A DNA stretch of 55,063 bases from an uncultured Candidatus Bathyarchaeia archaeon (GCA_964346895.1 CAYFWY010000001.1:1-55063), one strand, 5' to 3'; shown: positions 36,863 to 45,725, numbered from the stretch's first letter. Numbers and translations: made by a program. The notes: a model not told the origin generated them from the sequence alone.

Positions 36863-38404
36863 ATGAGTGAAGGCGAGCAACTTCAACGCGCCGTTTCCTT
36901 CACGATAGCAGCGGGCTATCAATTGAACAAAGAAGCCTTCGATTTTTTAAATGAAATATCTAAAACAGAAGATCCCCTCAGGGTAATGGAAGGCGCCATC
37001 AGAAAAATCGAGGGGTTACCAGAAAAACCGTTATTTATAAATCGAAGTTTCTTGGAGGAAACAGTGAAAGAAACGCCCGCCCTGGAGGAAACGCTGTCTT
37101 CACATGTTTCTCTTCAACCTATCTTTGAAGGAAGGAAAGTTTTTAGAGCGTATGCAAAAGACGTGGATTCTAACATAAAAATCATTGAAGATCCAACGGA
37201 CAAAATATGTACAACAGGGTCTGTTGAGGAATACTTAGAATACTTTCAAGATCGCTTCAAAAGAATCAAAAAAATTCTAAGACGGAGGGTAGACACCAAG
37301 AACGCAATACCCGTTTCTGAGGCTCTAAAGTCGAAAGTTAACTCAAAAATCAAAATCATCGGGATGGTCACAGAAAAGAGAGAAGTTAAAGGAAAAGCCT
37401 TCTTGAGATTCGAGGATCTAGAAGCTAGCGTCACTGTGCTTGTACCCCAAAACATAAGCAAAGAGGCAATGACAAAAGCCCGGTCTTTGTTACTAGACCA
37501 AGTTGTTTGCGTAAGCGCCATAAAAGGAAAGAACGCCCTTCTTATCGCAAAAGATTTCATCTGGCCAGACGTACCTCAGAAAACGCCCAATAAGGCTTCA
37601 ATACCAGCCTATGCCGCCCTAATATCGGATTTACACGTAGGAAGCAAAATGTTTATGGAAAAAGAATTCGAACGTTTTATGCTTTGGTTAAACGGAAAAT
37701 ATGGCAATAGTAACATGAGGAACGTGGCGAGTCATATTAAATACTTAGTTATCGCCGGTGATTTAGTGGATGGCATAGGCATTTACCCAGGACAGATGAG
37801 CGAACTGGCGATAAAAGACCTTTACAAACAGTATCAAGAAGTTACAAAATTCATCGAACAAGTTCCGGATTACATTGATCTTATAATTATACCGGGAAAT
37901 CACGATGCATCACGCCGGGCGTTGCCCCAACCAGCAATACCACGGAGCTATGCAGAACCGTTATACGAAGCACGAAAGATCTACTCCTTAGGAAACCCTT
38001 GCAGCGTTAGCCTTCATGAAGTGGAATTGCTTCTATATCATGGGCGCAGCTTAGATGATGTCGCCGCTGTTGCTCCAAACGTAAGTTTCCAAACTCCAGA
38101 CAAATCCATGAAGCTCTTGTTGCAGAGTAGACATCTTGCGCCGATCTATGGAGAAAGGACTCCCATTGCCCCGGAAAAGCGAGACTTCACAGTAATAGAA
38201 AGAGTGCCAGACATTTTTCACGCTGGCCACGTACATGTAATGAAATGCGACACATACAGAGGAACACTTATGGTAAACTCAGGTGCTTGGCAGGAACAAA
38301 CAGAATATCAAAAGAACATGGGGCTTGTTCCGACGCCTGGAATTGCCCCAATCGTGAACCTCCAAACAATGCAGGTTTCCGCCTTCAATTTTGCCACGTC
38401 CTAG
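36863..38404 (+). CDS. DNA polymerase II (PolD) small subunit DP1
   Basis: 513-aa ORF with calcineurin-like phosphoesterase motifs ISDLHVGS, AGDLVDG, PGNHD and HAGHVH, after an OB-fold region. Confidence 0.92.
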   Translation: MSEGEQLQRAVSFTIAAGYQLNKEAFDFLNEISKTEDPLRVMEGAIRKIEGLPEKPLFINRSFLEETVKETPALEETLSSHVSLQPIFEGRKVFRAYAKDVDSNIKIIEDPTDKICTTGSVEEYLEYFQDRFKRIKKILRRRVDTKNAIPVSEALKSKVNSKIKIIGMVTEKREVKGKAFLRFEDLEASVTVLVPQNISKEAMTKARSLLLDQVVCVSAIKGKNALLIAKDFIWPDVPQKTPNKASIPAYAALISDLHVGSKMFMEKEFERFMLWLNGKYGNSNMRNVASHIKYLVIAGDLVDGIGIYPGQMSELAIKDLYKQYQEVTKFIEQVPDYIDLIIIPGNHDASRRALPQPAIPRSYAEPLYEARKIYSLGNPCSVSLHEVELLLYHGRSLDDVAAVAPNVSFQTPDKSMKLLLQSRHLAPIYGERTPIAPEKRDFTVIERVPDIFHAGHVHVMKCDTYRGTLMVNSGAWQEQTEYQKNMGLVPTPGIAPIVNLQTMQVSAFNFATS

Positions 38405-38926
38405 TGAGCCTACAAGCAATAAGTTTAACCACTCTTATGGGCGGAGGACCCCGGCAACAAACGGATGCCGCACGGATCACCTTGCTTACCCATTCCAGTT
38501 CGGCGCCAACGCCCTCTACATAAACGCAAGGCTCAGCGGCATCGAACCCCTTTCATAAATGGAACTACCTCTCTCAAACAGCTCCTAGCGAATCCACCAG
38601 TCCTTAAAATGCCGACGAAAGACGTTTTTACCACGCCCTTGTTTGGTTTTGTTCTTGAAATTACAATCACCGGCTTCCTGAATGCATAGAAAATAATCGT
38701 TGGATCCACCAAAGTCACGACCGCAAAAAGGTACGTCCGTCAAGATAATAGAGTTAAAAGATCGTCGACGCAATGTTGCGGTTAGTTTCTCTGTAGCGTC
38801 CAAACTATCGAGAATTGTCATACCCGCTTGAAAGGCGCTTAACCGGTTTCTCTCAGTAAAACACAAACAAAAGGGGGTTTCTGAATAGCGTGGCCTTATC
38901 GTTTTGCCGTCTCCCTTCCCCGATCT
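38385..38926 (-). pseudogene. Decayed UPF0215/DUF99 (EndoV-like) gene
   Basis: Colinear family-like segments are split over three frames. They are ..LDSLDATEKL..SIILTDVPF / FAVVTLVDPTIIFYAFRKPVIVISRTKPNKG / FRRHFKDWWIR*ELFERGSSIYE / VYVEGVGAELEWVSKVIRAASVCCRGPPPIRVVKLIAC. No start codon, at least 3 frameshifts and one in-frame TAG. Confidence 0.45.
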
Positions 38927-40177
38927 TCAACGCCTACTACCCGCAACTCCTGCAAAACATTTGGGCACATAGTCAATTAAACGCCCGAGCCGATCATCGT
39001 TTGTGAATACTTCTCTAACAAGACTGCGGCCGATTCCTAAACGAATTTTTTTTGTACGCCCATATCTTCCCATACTTACAACCCGTGCATTCAACAAGCC
39101 GACCATATCTAATTCGTTAATCAGACCACTAACCCGCCTCTGAGTCAGAGGGGAAAGGCCAAACTGATCGCACAATTCACAATAAATTTCATAAATGTCA
39201 CCAGTAATGGCGCAGCTAACTTTTGCCTTACCCAATAGATAAACACTGCCTAAAACCAATTTTGAGTATAAAGGAAGATTGACCAAAACTTCTACAATTC
39301 GATCATGTTCAACCCTCTTCTCAGCTTCTCTTACGTGCTCTTCAGTAACATAAGAAGCCCCCTCCCGCTCTGCCAACTCCCCTGCAACGCGAAGGAGATC
39401 TAATGCTCGTCTAGCGTCACCGTGTTCAGCGGCAGCTAAAGCCGCACACAAACTTACGGCACCGTCAAGAAGTACACCTTCAAAAAAGGCTAATTGCGCA
39501 CGTTCCCAGAGAATATCCTGAAGTTCAGCCGCATCGTAAGGTCTGAAAACGATTTCCTCCTCGCTTAGGGAACTCAAAACTCTAGGATCCAGAAACTCTT
39601 TGAATCGAAGGTCGTTTGATATCCCCACTATAGAGGTTTTACCATGACGAAGTGTTTCATTTACCCTCGTTAATTCATATAACAAGACGTCTCCTCGAAC
39701 CTTAATCAGCGCGTCGATTTCGTCAAGTACAACGATGAAAATATTTTTCCGTAAATCCAATCCTTTTTTAAATCTATCAAAAACTTCTCCCACAGCTAAA
39801 CCCGTGAAAGGAACATTCACGCCTAAGACGGTACATAAGCTTGAAAGGACCCTATACTCTGTGCCAGCTAAGCGACAGTTTACATAACAAACCTCAACAG
39901 GAGCGCCCAACGCCCTTGCCTTAATAGAAAGTCTGTTCAACATGTATTTCGTAGCTGCCGTTTTCCCTGTACCCGTTTTACCGTAGATAAAGACGTTGGA
40001 GCATCGCGAACTTTTTAAAACGGGAACAACGATTTCGCCCAAACAATGCAATTGCCTCTCACGATGTGGAAGCTTTTCGGGAACATAATCATGTCTCAAA
40101 ACTTCTCGGTCTTTAAAAATGTGAGTGCCCTTCAGAAATCGTTCAAAAACATCGTCAAGCACGTCGAGTTCATCCAT
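38927..40177 (-). CDS. cdc6: Orc1/Cdc6 replication initiator
   Basis: 416-aa ORF with Walker A IYGKTGTGKTA, Walker B VVLDEID, sensor region and a C-terminal winged helix. Confidence 0.95.
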   Translation of the reverse strand: MDELDVLDDVFERFLKGTHIFKDREVLRHDYVPEKLPHRERQLHCLGEIVVPVLKSSRCSNVFIYGKTGTGKTAATKYMLNRLSIKARALGAPVEVCYVNCRLAGTEYRVLSSLCTVLGVNVPFTGLAVGEVFDRFKKGLDLRKNIFIVVLDEIDALIKVRGDVLLYELTRVNETLRHGKTSIVGISNDLRFKEFLDPRVLSSLSEEEIVFRPYDAAELQDILWERAQLAFFEGVLLDGAVSLCAALAAAEHGDARRALDLLRVAGELAEREGASYVTEEHVREAEKRVEHDRIVEVLVNLPLYSKLVLGSVYLLGKAKVSCAITGDIYEIYCELCDQFGLSPLTQRRVSGLINELDMVGLLNARVVSMGRYGRTKKIRLGIGRSLVREVFTNDDRLGRLIDYVPKCFAGVAGSRR

Positions 40178-40199
40178 GTAATAGTCACCAACAGGTACG

Positions 40200-40820
40200 C
40201 GCAGAAGTAATGCCTCCTTTTCAAATCCAATAGATAAAAACTCCCGTCCAAAAAACTAGATATACCACACAAAAAAACCTAAAGAAAAAGGACGATCTAT
40301 CAGCAAAGAGAAATTGAAGCTTTTTTGTCGATGCAGCAGGCGTCTCTACTCCCTCACACCCCTGTGTTTCTTCTGGAAGTGAGTCTCGGAAAAAAGTTCT
40401 GTGATTATTATTTTGTAAAAATAGTCTCCGCTTGGTTTTCGGTTTTTATGTACTTAATGATTGTCATAAAAGACTTTAGAGTATATCCTAAAAATTTTTA
40501 CCTAAAACGTTGGCATAGGCATTAGCCACTAGTTCATGAGTCCAATGGAAATAAAGGGGTAGGAGTGTAAACTTTAACGGAGAAGCAAGGGTAAAAGACA
40601 GAAGTATCAACAATATTACGCTGGATGCCTATGGTCGAGAGTCGCTTATACACCGTATTAATGGTTGAGGGTTAAACAGTTAACTTGTTGTAGGACCCTG
40701 TGAAGTTGACTCTTAGATGCCTCCTTTTTACCTTCATTCCTCTGAAAATTTACTCTATTATGTGTCTTTGTGAGTTGAGAGACGACCCCTAGGCTTCTAC
40801 TGGAAAAAGGGGGCTATTCC
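40200..40820. other. Probable replication origin (ORB-like boxes flanking an AT-rich unwinding region)
   Basis: ORB-like elements: 40541-40559 TCCAATGGAAATAAAGGGG; 40797-40813 CTACTGGAAAAAGGGGG; inverted copy at 40213-40233 (reverse complement CTATTGGATTTGAAAAGGAGG). Strongly AT-rich tract at about 40400-40500. Lies directly upstream of orc1/cdc6 in an 820-bp stretch with no convincing gene. Confidence 0.5.
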
Positions 40821-40997
40821 TTGTCTATTCTTTGTTTTGAAAAATCAGGCTTGAGTGAACTTTGTGAACCTAATAAACTGCAGTTCTTTGTTGATTTCCG
40901 TTTTGCGTCGATTTTTCGGGTTTTTCATCGGCCCTTTCTCTACCGTAATTTCTATAACTTGTGAAGTGTTAACTTGCGAAGGGTCATGGTATAATAG

Positions 40998-41429
40998 GTG
41001 CGTGGAATGCCGGCCAGAAAAATGCGAGTGGAGCTTTTCAATAGCAAAGGGGAGCGCTATACCATAACGTTCGAGGGCCAAGTGACGAGAGAAAAGGTTC
41101 TTCACTTATTAGATCTCGTTGAACTCCTGGGCGGGGTGCCAACTGGTAATCCTGAATGGAATTCCCCTACATCCAAGTTGTCAAAAATTGACAAGCTTCG
41201 CTTAGTCATTGAGAAACGCTTTCCATTCGGCTGGTTTTCTTCTAGGGATGTTCAATCTACGTATGAAGGGGAGTTTAAGGAACCCATCAGCCTGAGCACA
41301 GTTTCCACCTACTTGTCTCGGATGGCAGATCGTGGGAGCCTTAGTAAAAACGGAGCGTTCAACCGTCGACGTTATAGGCTTGTGACCGACGTATCCAAAG
41401 CATCGAGTTTTATAAGAGACAATAAATAA
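40998..41429 (+). CDS. Small winged-helix DNA-binding protein (function unknown)
   Basis: 143-aa ORF. The start is uncertain (GTG 40998, ATG 41007 or ATG 41022). C-terminal wHTH-like LSTVSTYLSRMADRGSLSKNG..RRRYRL. Lies 70 nt upstream of nurA. Confidence 0.6.
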   Translation: MRGMPARKMRVELFNSKGERYTITFEGQVTREKVLHLLDLVELLGGVPTGNPEWNSPTSKLSKIDKLRLVIEKRFPFGWFSSRDVQSTYEGEFKEPISLSTVSTYLSRMADRGSLSKNGAFNRRRYRLVTDVSKASSFIRDNK

Positions 41430-41498
41430 CTGACAATTTTAAAAGATAAACGGGTGTCTTATCAACGAATGATATATAGCCTTTACTATTATTGAGGA

Positions 41499-42497
41499 GT
41501 GAACATAATGAGCGAAATAAGTAAAGATTTAGCTGAAATGTCAAAGAAATTGAAGGAATACGTCGATAACGGGCGTGAAGTGGGCTATCGTGAGGTTGGA
41601 CGGGAGTTAGAGATAACCATTAAGCCTGATAGAGCCAAGATACAACCTTTAGAAACGATGAAAGGATGTAATGCACGGTTTCTAGCCGTAGACTGCTCAA
41701 CTAGAACCTTGAAAAGAGCCAATAATTGGGGGGTGTACCTCCTTCGCACAGCGTATGCTTCCGTTAAGGCTCGTAATATCGACTGGGGTTATGAGGAACG
41801 AATACGTTCCGTGGTTGGAGATATGAAGACCCGTTATCGGTTTCTAGAGGACGCACGAGTTGAACTTGAGAGCGCTACTGCTTTAGACCTCCTTCGCGAA
41901 GGAGGTAAAGTTGATTATCTTTTGTTGGATGGAGCCAGCCATTTTGGCGGAGAGAGGAAATTCCGCACTTTTCTATATGAAAAATGCGAAAGAGAGGGAA
42001 TAACCCTTCTTGCTATCAGCAAGCAATCGCAGACACTACACGATGAGAAGGGACGGGACTTTATGGCAATGATGTATGGATTGTCCCCTTATGATGTGTG
42101 GGTCTACCACCCGGTGAAAGAGGCAAACGTGCACGAACATCTATACGGGGATATCGCAATCATTAAACTATGTGAAGACAGCCCTCGCGTTTTTCGTTGC
42201 GACATAATGGGATACCTCCTTCGCGAAGGAGGCGAAGTCCCTGGGATACTTTCCCCACTAACTTCCGTCTGTGAAGATCCAAGATGCCTTGGATACCCCG
42301 TTACCCTTTGGCTTGCTCACGATTTCTCTACTCCATCTAACTCAAAACTTCTACACTACAAATACCAGATTGAAGAAACGTGGGCTGACGCTGGTTTGTT
42401 GGACATTCTTCACTTGGAAGAGCTTGTATGCAATTTCCCAGACGAACTTCATGGCGCAAGAAACCCATTTGAATGGGAGTGGATCTCACATGTCTAA
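41499..42497 (+). CDS. nurA: NurA-like 5'-3' nuclease
   Basis: 332-aa ORF with NurA-type motifs FLAVDCST, YLLLDGAS and LLAISKQSQT. Its stop overlaps the herA start (ATGTCTAA). Confidence 0.75.
   Translation: MNIMSEISKDLAEMSKKLKEYVDNGREVGYREVGRELEITIKPDRAKIQPLETMKGCNARFLAVDCSTRTLKRANNWGVYLLRTAYASVKARNIDWGYEERIRSVVGDMKTRYRFLEDARVELESATALDLLREGGKVDYLLLDGASHFGGERKFRTFLYEKCEREGITLLAISKQSQTLHDEKGRDFMAMMYGLSPYDVWVYHPVKEANVHEHLYGDIAIIKLCEDSPRVFRCDIMGYLLREGGEVPGILSPLTSVCEDPRCLGYPVTLWLAHDFSTPSNSKLLHYKYQIEETWADAGLLDILHLEELVCNFPDELHGARNPFEWEWISHV
41887..41906. repeat. Perfect 20-bp palindrome ACCTCCTTCGCGAAGGAGGT (copy 1) inside nurA
   Basis: Read directly. 19 of its nt recur at 42214-42232, and the 11-mer ACCTCCTTCGC also occurs at 41737-41747. 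Confidence 0.9.
42214..42232. repeat. Second copy (ACCTCCTTCGCGAAGGAGG; the 18-bp palindrome is 42215-42232) inside nurA
   Basis: Read directly. Identical to 41887-41905. Confidence 0.9.
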
Positions 42498-44043
42498 ATC
42501 GGTAGGGTTCGTCCGTGAAGTAAAAGGAGACAAAGTTTTCTTTTTCCTAGATAAGGAAACTAGCCTTTCTTTTGGTCAGATAGTTAGGATAGCCTCTGGT
42601 AAACGAAGCTTTTACGCCAGAGTTGTGAACGCTGAGAGCAAGTCTACCCTTGAAATCGGCGAGCAACTTCGTGAAGCAGAAGGAAAAGAAGCTTTCGGTC
42701 CCTACTCTCGATATAGAAGTGTTGAGGGCATCCTTTTTCTAGAGAGAAGCCTTGGCAAGATACATGCTCCCACCTTTAACCCCGATTATAGAGACAAGGT
42801 ATTTACGGTCAGTGCAGAAGACTGTTCGGCCTTGAAGCTTGTAGGTGAGTTAGAGATCGGACGTTTGCGCTCTGGAGAAAAGGTGCTTGGTCCCGTAGGC
42901 ATAAATGTCGAAGCTATACCTCTGATGATGGGCATGTTTGGAATGACGGGATCAGGAAAGACCAACACAGAACTTATCCTAAATGCTCGCATCATCGATT
43001 ATAGCCCCAGAACGGTCGGTCTTATTTTTGACTTTGCTGGTCAGTTGTTGACAGGAAAGAGCATAGAACCTCAGAGGGGTCTAAGGGATCACCCGCTTTT
43101 CCATACTAAAGTCCGCTATTATTCAGCCAGAGAAGGTAAGGTATGCATAGGGTTGTATACACTTCATCCTGGGAGATTACGAACGCTTTTCCCTGAAATA
43201 GGCAAACCCCAAATTAGAGTTGCCAGAAGATTGTATGAAAAACTAGGAAGTAGCTGGATAGAGGAATCACTTGCTGAGTATGGGACAGAAGGATACATAG
43301 GAGTTGGCAAAATCATCAACTATAAAGTAAAAACCGTGATTGAGGCGTTGATGAGTAAGCTTTCTGATCTTTCACCAACCCTTTTTCCGCCTTCCAACTA
43401 TAACTTCATTGATGATGTAATCCGAAACATTAGCAAAGGGATCACATGCCTTATTGATATATCGGGCCTAAGTTCTGAAGAACAGCAAAACATCACTTGC
43501 CTCACAGCATCTAATGTCGCATATCAATATAAGCGGAAGTGGGAAGAGAATTTTGAAGAGTGGAAAAAGCTTCCAACCCTCCTGATAACGCTTGAAGAGG
43601 CGCATGAATTCCTTGATCCTGAAATACGTAAAACCATATTTTCTGACATTGCCCTAACATACCGAAAGTATCGAGTCGGACTGAATGCTGTGACTCCCCG
43701 GCCTTCGAGAATAAACCTTAATGTCTTTGCAGAGCTTTGGACCAAGGTTATTATGAAAACCGAATTGCGCCGCGACAGGGACTACCTTACTCAAAACACG
43801 CCCTACCTTGAATACAGCGACACCGAGATAAAAATGCTAGATGTCGGAGAAGCATTAATTATCTCAGAACCGCAAATCCGATTTGCTGTTCCGATAAAGG
43901 TTATTCACTATCCTGACTACTTGGACGAGCGGGGAAAGGTCGAGTATGATTTGCCATCGTCGAAACCACTTTCTGAGATGAACGAAAAAATGAAGCGAAT
44001 TAAACAGGCTGGGGAGTCTCTAGTTGCGAAGGGTGAAGGCTAA
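42490..44043 (+). CDS. herA: HerA-like hexameric ATPase/helicase (DUF87)
   Basis: N-terminal HAS-barrel-like GFVREVKGDKVFFF..GQIVRI, Walker A GMFGMTGSGKTN and Walker B LLITLEEAHEF. The track ORF starts at 42271, but the ATG at 42490 is coupled to the nurA stop. Confidence 0.85.
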   Translation: MSKSVGFVREVKGDKVFFFLDKETSLSFGQIVRIASGKRSFYARVVNAESKSTLEIGEQLREAEGKEAFGPYSRYRSVEGILFLERSLGKIHAPTFNPDYRDKVFTVSAEDCSALKLVGELEIGRLRSGEKVLGPVGINVEAIPLMMGMFGMTGSGKTNTELILNARIIDYSPRTVGLIFDFAGQLLTGKSIEPQRGLRDHPLFHTKVRYYSAREGKVCIGLYTLHPGRLRTLFPEIGKPQIRVARRLYEKLGSSWIEESLAEYGTEGYIGVGKIINYKVKTVIEALMSKLSDLSPTLFPPSNYNFIDDVIRNISKGITCLIDISGLSSEEQQNITCLTASNVAYQYKRKWEENFEEWKKLPTLLITLEEAHEFLDPEIRKTIFSDIALTYRKYRVGLNAVTPRPSRINLNVFAELWTKVIMKTELRRDRDYLTQNTPYLEYSDTEIKMLDVGEALIISEPQIRFAVPIKVIHYPDYLDERGKVEYDLPSSKPLSEMNEKMKRIKQAGESLVAKGEG

Positions 44044-44750
44044 GCCTTAGCTTCCCTCTTTTTCAGGATTTTCTGCATTTCTTCCTTCAGGCGGTAAGTA
44101 TAGGGCATTTTATGGGTGTCTCTTTCCAAATAACCGTCTTCATAAAGTTTTTTCATTAGCCGAGCAGTGTGCTCCCTTGTAAGCCTTATTTTTTCTCTAA
44201 TTTCAGGCGCCGTTTTTTCACCCTCTTTGGCGATGGTTTCAAGCGCGGTCAGTTCGGTTTCTGTTAGCGGAGCCAAAACTTTTTCCTTTTTTATGGGAAT
44301 AGCCGCCTCTATTTTGGCTTCAGGCACTTGAACTTTATATTTTAGTTTTTCAACTTCCCCAATTCTTTGAATTAGCTTATTCTGTGTCGCTCTTATGTCA
44401 TCGGCTTTCTTGTTCATCTCCTCGATTTGCGTAGACAGTTTTTGTTCAATTGCGGGGGCATCTTCAAGTATTTTTGTAAAAGTTGCTAATCGCTTGTCGT
44501 ATTTTTCTAAATTCCTCACGACTTTTTCGTTTTCGGAAGAAAGTATCCCAATCTTATGGATGACTGCATGGAGGTCCGCCTCTTGTCTTTGAAATTCTCT
44601 GTTGATGCTCATGGTGATGTCGCTCACGGTGTTCTTTGCCTCCTCGTATTCTTCGTGAACTCTTCTTATTCGTTTATAGTATAGAACAGACGCACCAATT
44701 GTAAAAAGCAATAGGGCTACTGCAACTACTAGAGGAAGATAAGTGAACAC
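44040..44750 (-). CDS. Membrane-anchored coiled-coil protein with C-terminal MarR-like winged helix
   Basis: 236-aa ORF with a GTG start preceded by GGAGGGGG. N-terminal TM helix LPLVVAVALLLFTIGASVLYY, a long heptad-rich middle, and C-terminal LTETELTALETIAKEGEKTAPEIREKIRLTREHTARLMKKLYEDGYLER. Confidence 0.65.
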   Translation of the reverse strand: MFTYLPLVVAVALLLFTIGASVLYYKRIRRVHEEYEEAKNTVSDITMSINREFQRQEADLHAVIHKIGILSSENEKVVRNLEKYDKRLATFTKILEDAPAIEQKLSTQIEEMNKKADDIRATQNKLIQRIGEVEKLKYKVQVPEAKIEAAIPIKKEKVLAPLTETELTALETIAKEGEKTAPEIREKIRLTREHTARLMKKLYEDGYLERDTHKMPYTYRLKEEMQKILKKREAKA

Positions 44751-44823
44751 TAAGCCCCCTCCGCTAGCTGGCTAGAAAAACCGAAAAGAGCGTTGTGACG
44801 TATAGAATACGGCTTTGGCAAAA

Positions 44824-44876
44824 CTGTGATTCGAGTGTGATCCCTTGTGATCTGCATAGTGTGATCACAGATCACA
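44824..44876. promoter_or_regulatory. Array of five TGTGAT(T/C) boxes including the palindrome TGTGATCACA
   Basis: CTGTGATTCGAGTGTGATCCCTTGTGATCTGCATAGTGTGATCACAGATCACA, about 75-125 nt upstream of the 44750 start. Confidence 0.55.
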
Positions 44877-45183
44877 ATATTATATAGTCAAACTTAAATT
44901 TTACGTTGGAATATGGGAGAAAACACGTTAGTCGAAATCGTGACATCACACGTCACAGCACTGGTCGTTAGAACTATGCGGCTACAAAGGACAACTAGGC
45001 ACAACTTCTCTTTGACGTTGTTCACATTTCCCCCAAGTACCGAACTTAATCGGTGCCAAAGATCCTTTATTTGTTTAAAAGGGGCTCAAATTTGAGCTTA
45101 AATTACTGTGGTGTTTGTTCATCATGTGAAGTTTCCCATTCTGATGCGGGGAAATTAATGCGTTAAATCTCACCGTTGCAAGG

Positions 45184-45206
45184 CTGTGATTTGTGTGATA
45201 TCACAG
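45184..45206. promoter_or_regulatory. TGTGAT box plus the 12-bp palindrome TGTGATATCACA
   Basis: CTGTGATTTGTGTGATATCACAG, abutting the 3' end of the 45201 gene. Confidence 0.5.
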
Positions 45207-45725
45207 ATTTTTTGACATATTTCTTGGTCTAGATAATTGTTCTAGACTCGTTTTTAATTCTTCATGAAGTACACTTATAATTCTCAAATGTTCATCTGTG
45301 GCTTTTTTCCTAAGGCCTCTATGCGCTTTCATGTAGGCTTGCAACTTGTTTGCTACCTCTAGATAGAGATCTAGACGAGTGTCCTCAAAAACTCCCAAAT
45401 ATCCTAAAAGGAGAATCGTGTAGATAGATTGAATAACGTTCCATCTGGCTTGCCTCAAAGTTCGGTTGAAAGCGCCGCGACTTACGGCTGAAAGTCTTAA
45501 TCTGGCTTTTTCGTCGTATTTTAATAATTTTCCTGATATATTTTCAGCTAAAACATCAATTAAGAGCGTTTCTAACTGCGTTTTAGTCAAATTACTGTTT
45601 TTCACTAGTGTTTTTACAATCGGGTCATCCATAGAACGTATTAACCATTTTTGCGCCTCCTGCTTCAAGCGCAGTATTCCCACCTCAGAGCAGTGTCTAA
45701 GGGATACAATTTTGTATACAAACAT
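45201..45725 (-). CDS. Hypothetical protein (possible HTH)
   Basis: The track ORF runs to 45887, but its first ~54 codons lie in AT-rich, promoter-like sequence. ATG 45725 or ATG 45632 are more plausible starts. Contains LSAVSRGAFNRTLRQARWNV, a helix-turn-helix-like segment. Confidence 0.5.
   Translation of the reverse strand: MFVYKIVSLRHCSEVGILRLKQEAQKWLIRSMDDPIVKTLVKNSNLTKTQLETLLIDVLAENISGKLLKYDEKARLRLSAVSRGAFNRTLRQARWNVIQSIYTILLLGYLGVFEDTRLDLYLEVANKLQAYMKAHRGLRKKATDEHLRIISVLHEELKTSLEQLSRPRNMSKNL

Noticed and set aside
38405-38926. GC-richer 520-bp spacer considered as SRP RNA or RNase P RNA
   Set aside because: I could not find the conserved SRP helix-8 hairpin or the RNase P CR-I/CR-V motifs. 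The region is better explained as a frameshifted protein-coding relic; see the DUF99 finding.
40325-40525. 66-aa TTG-initiated ORF, plus ORFs 40845-41105 (-) and 40855-41067 (+), in the orc1/cdc6 upstream region
   Set aside because: They lie in AT-rich DNA, have low-complexity hydrophobic translations and alternative start codons, and overlap each other. The region is better explained as origin and promoter DNA.
44913-45095. 60-aa plus-strand ORF in the 450-bp spacer
   Set aside because: It has no motif or SD sequence, and it lies between two minus-strand genes in a region dominated by operator-like repeats and the 14-bp palindrome GCTCAAATTTGAGC (45083-45096).
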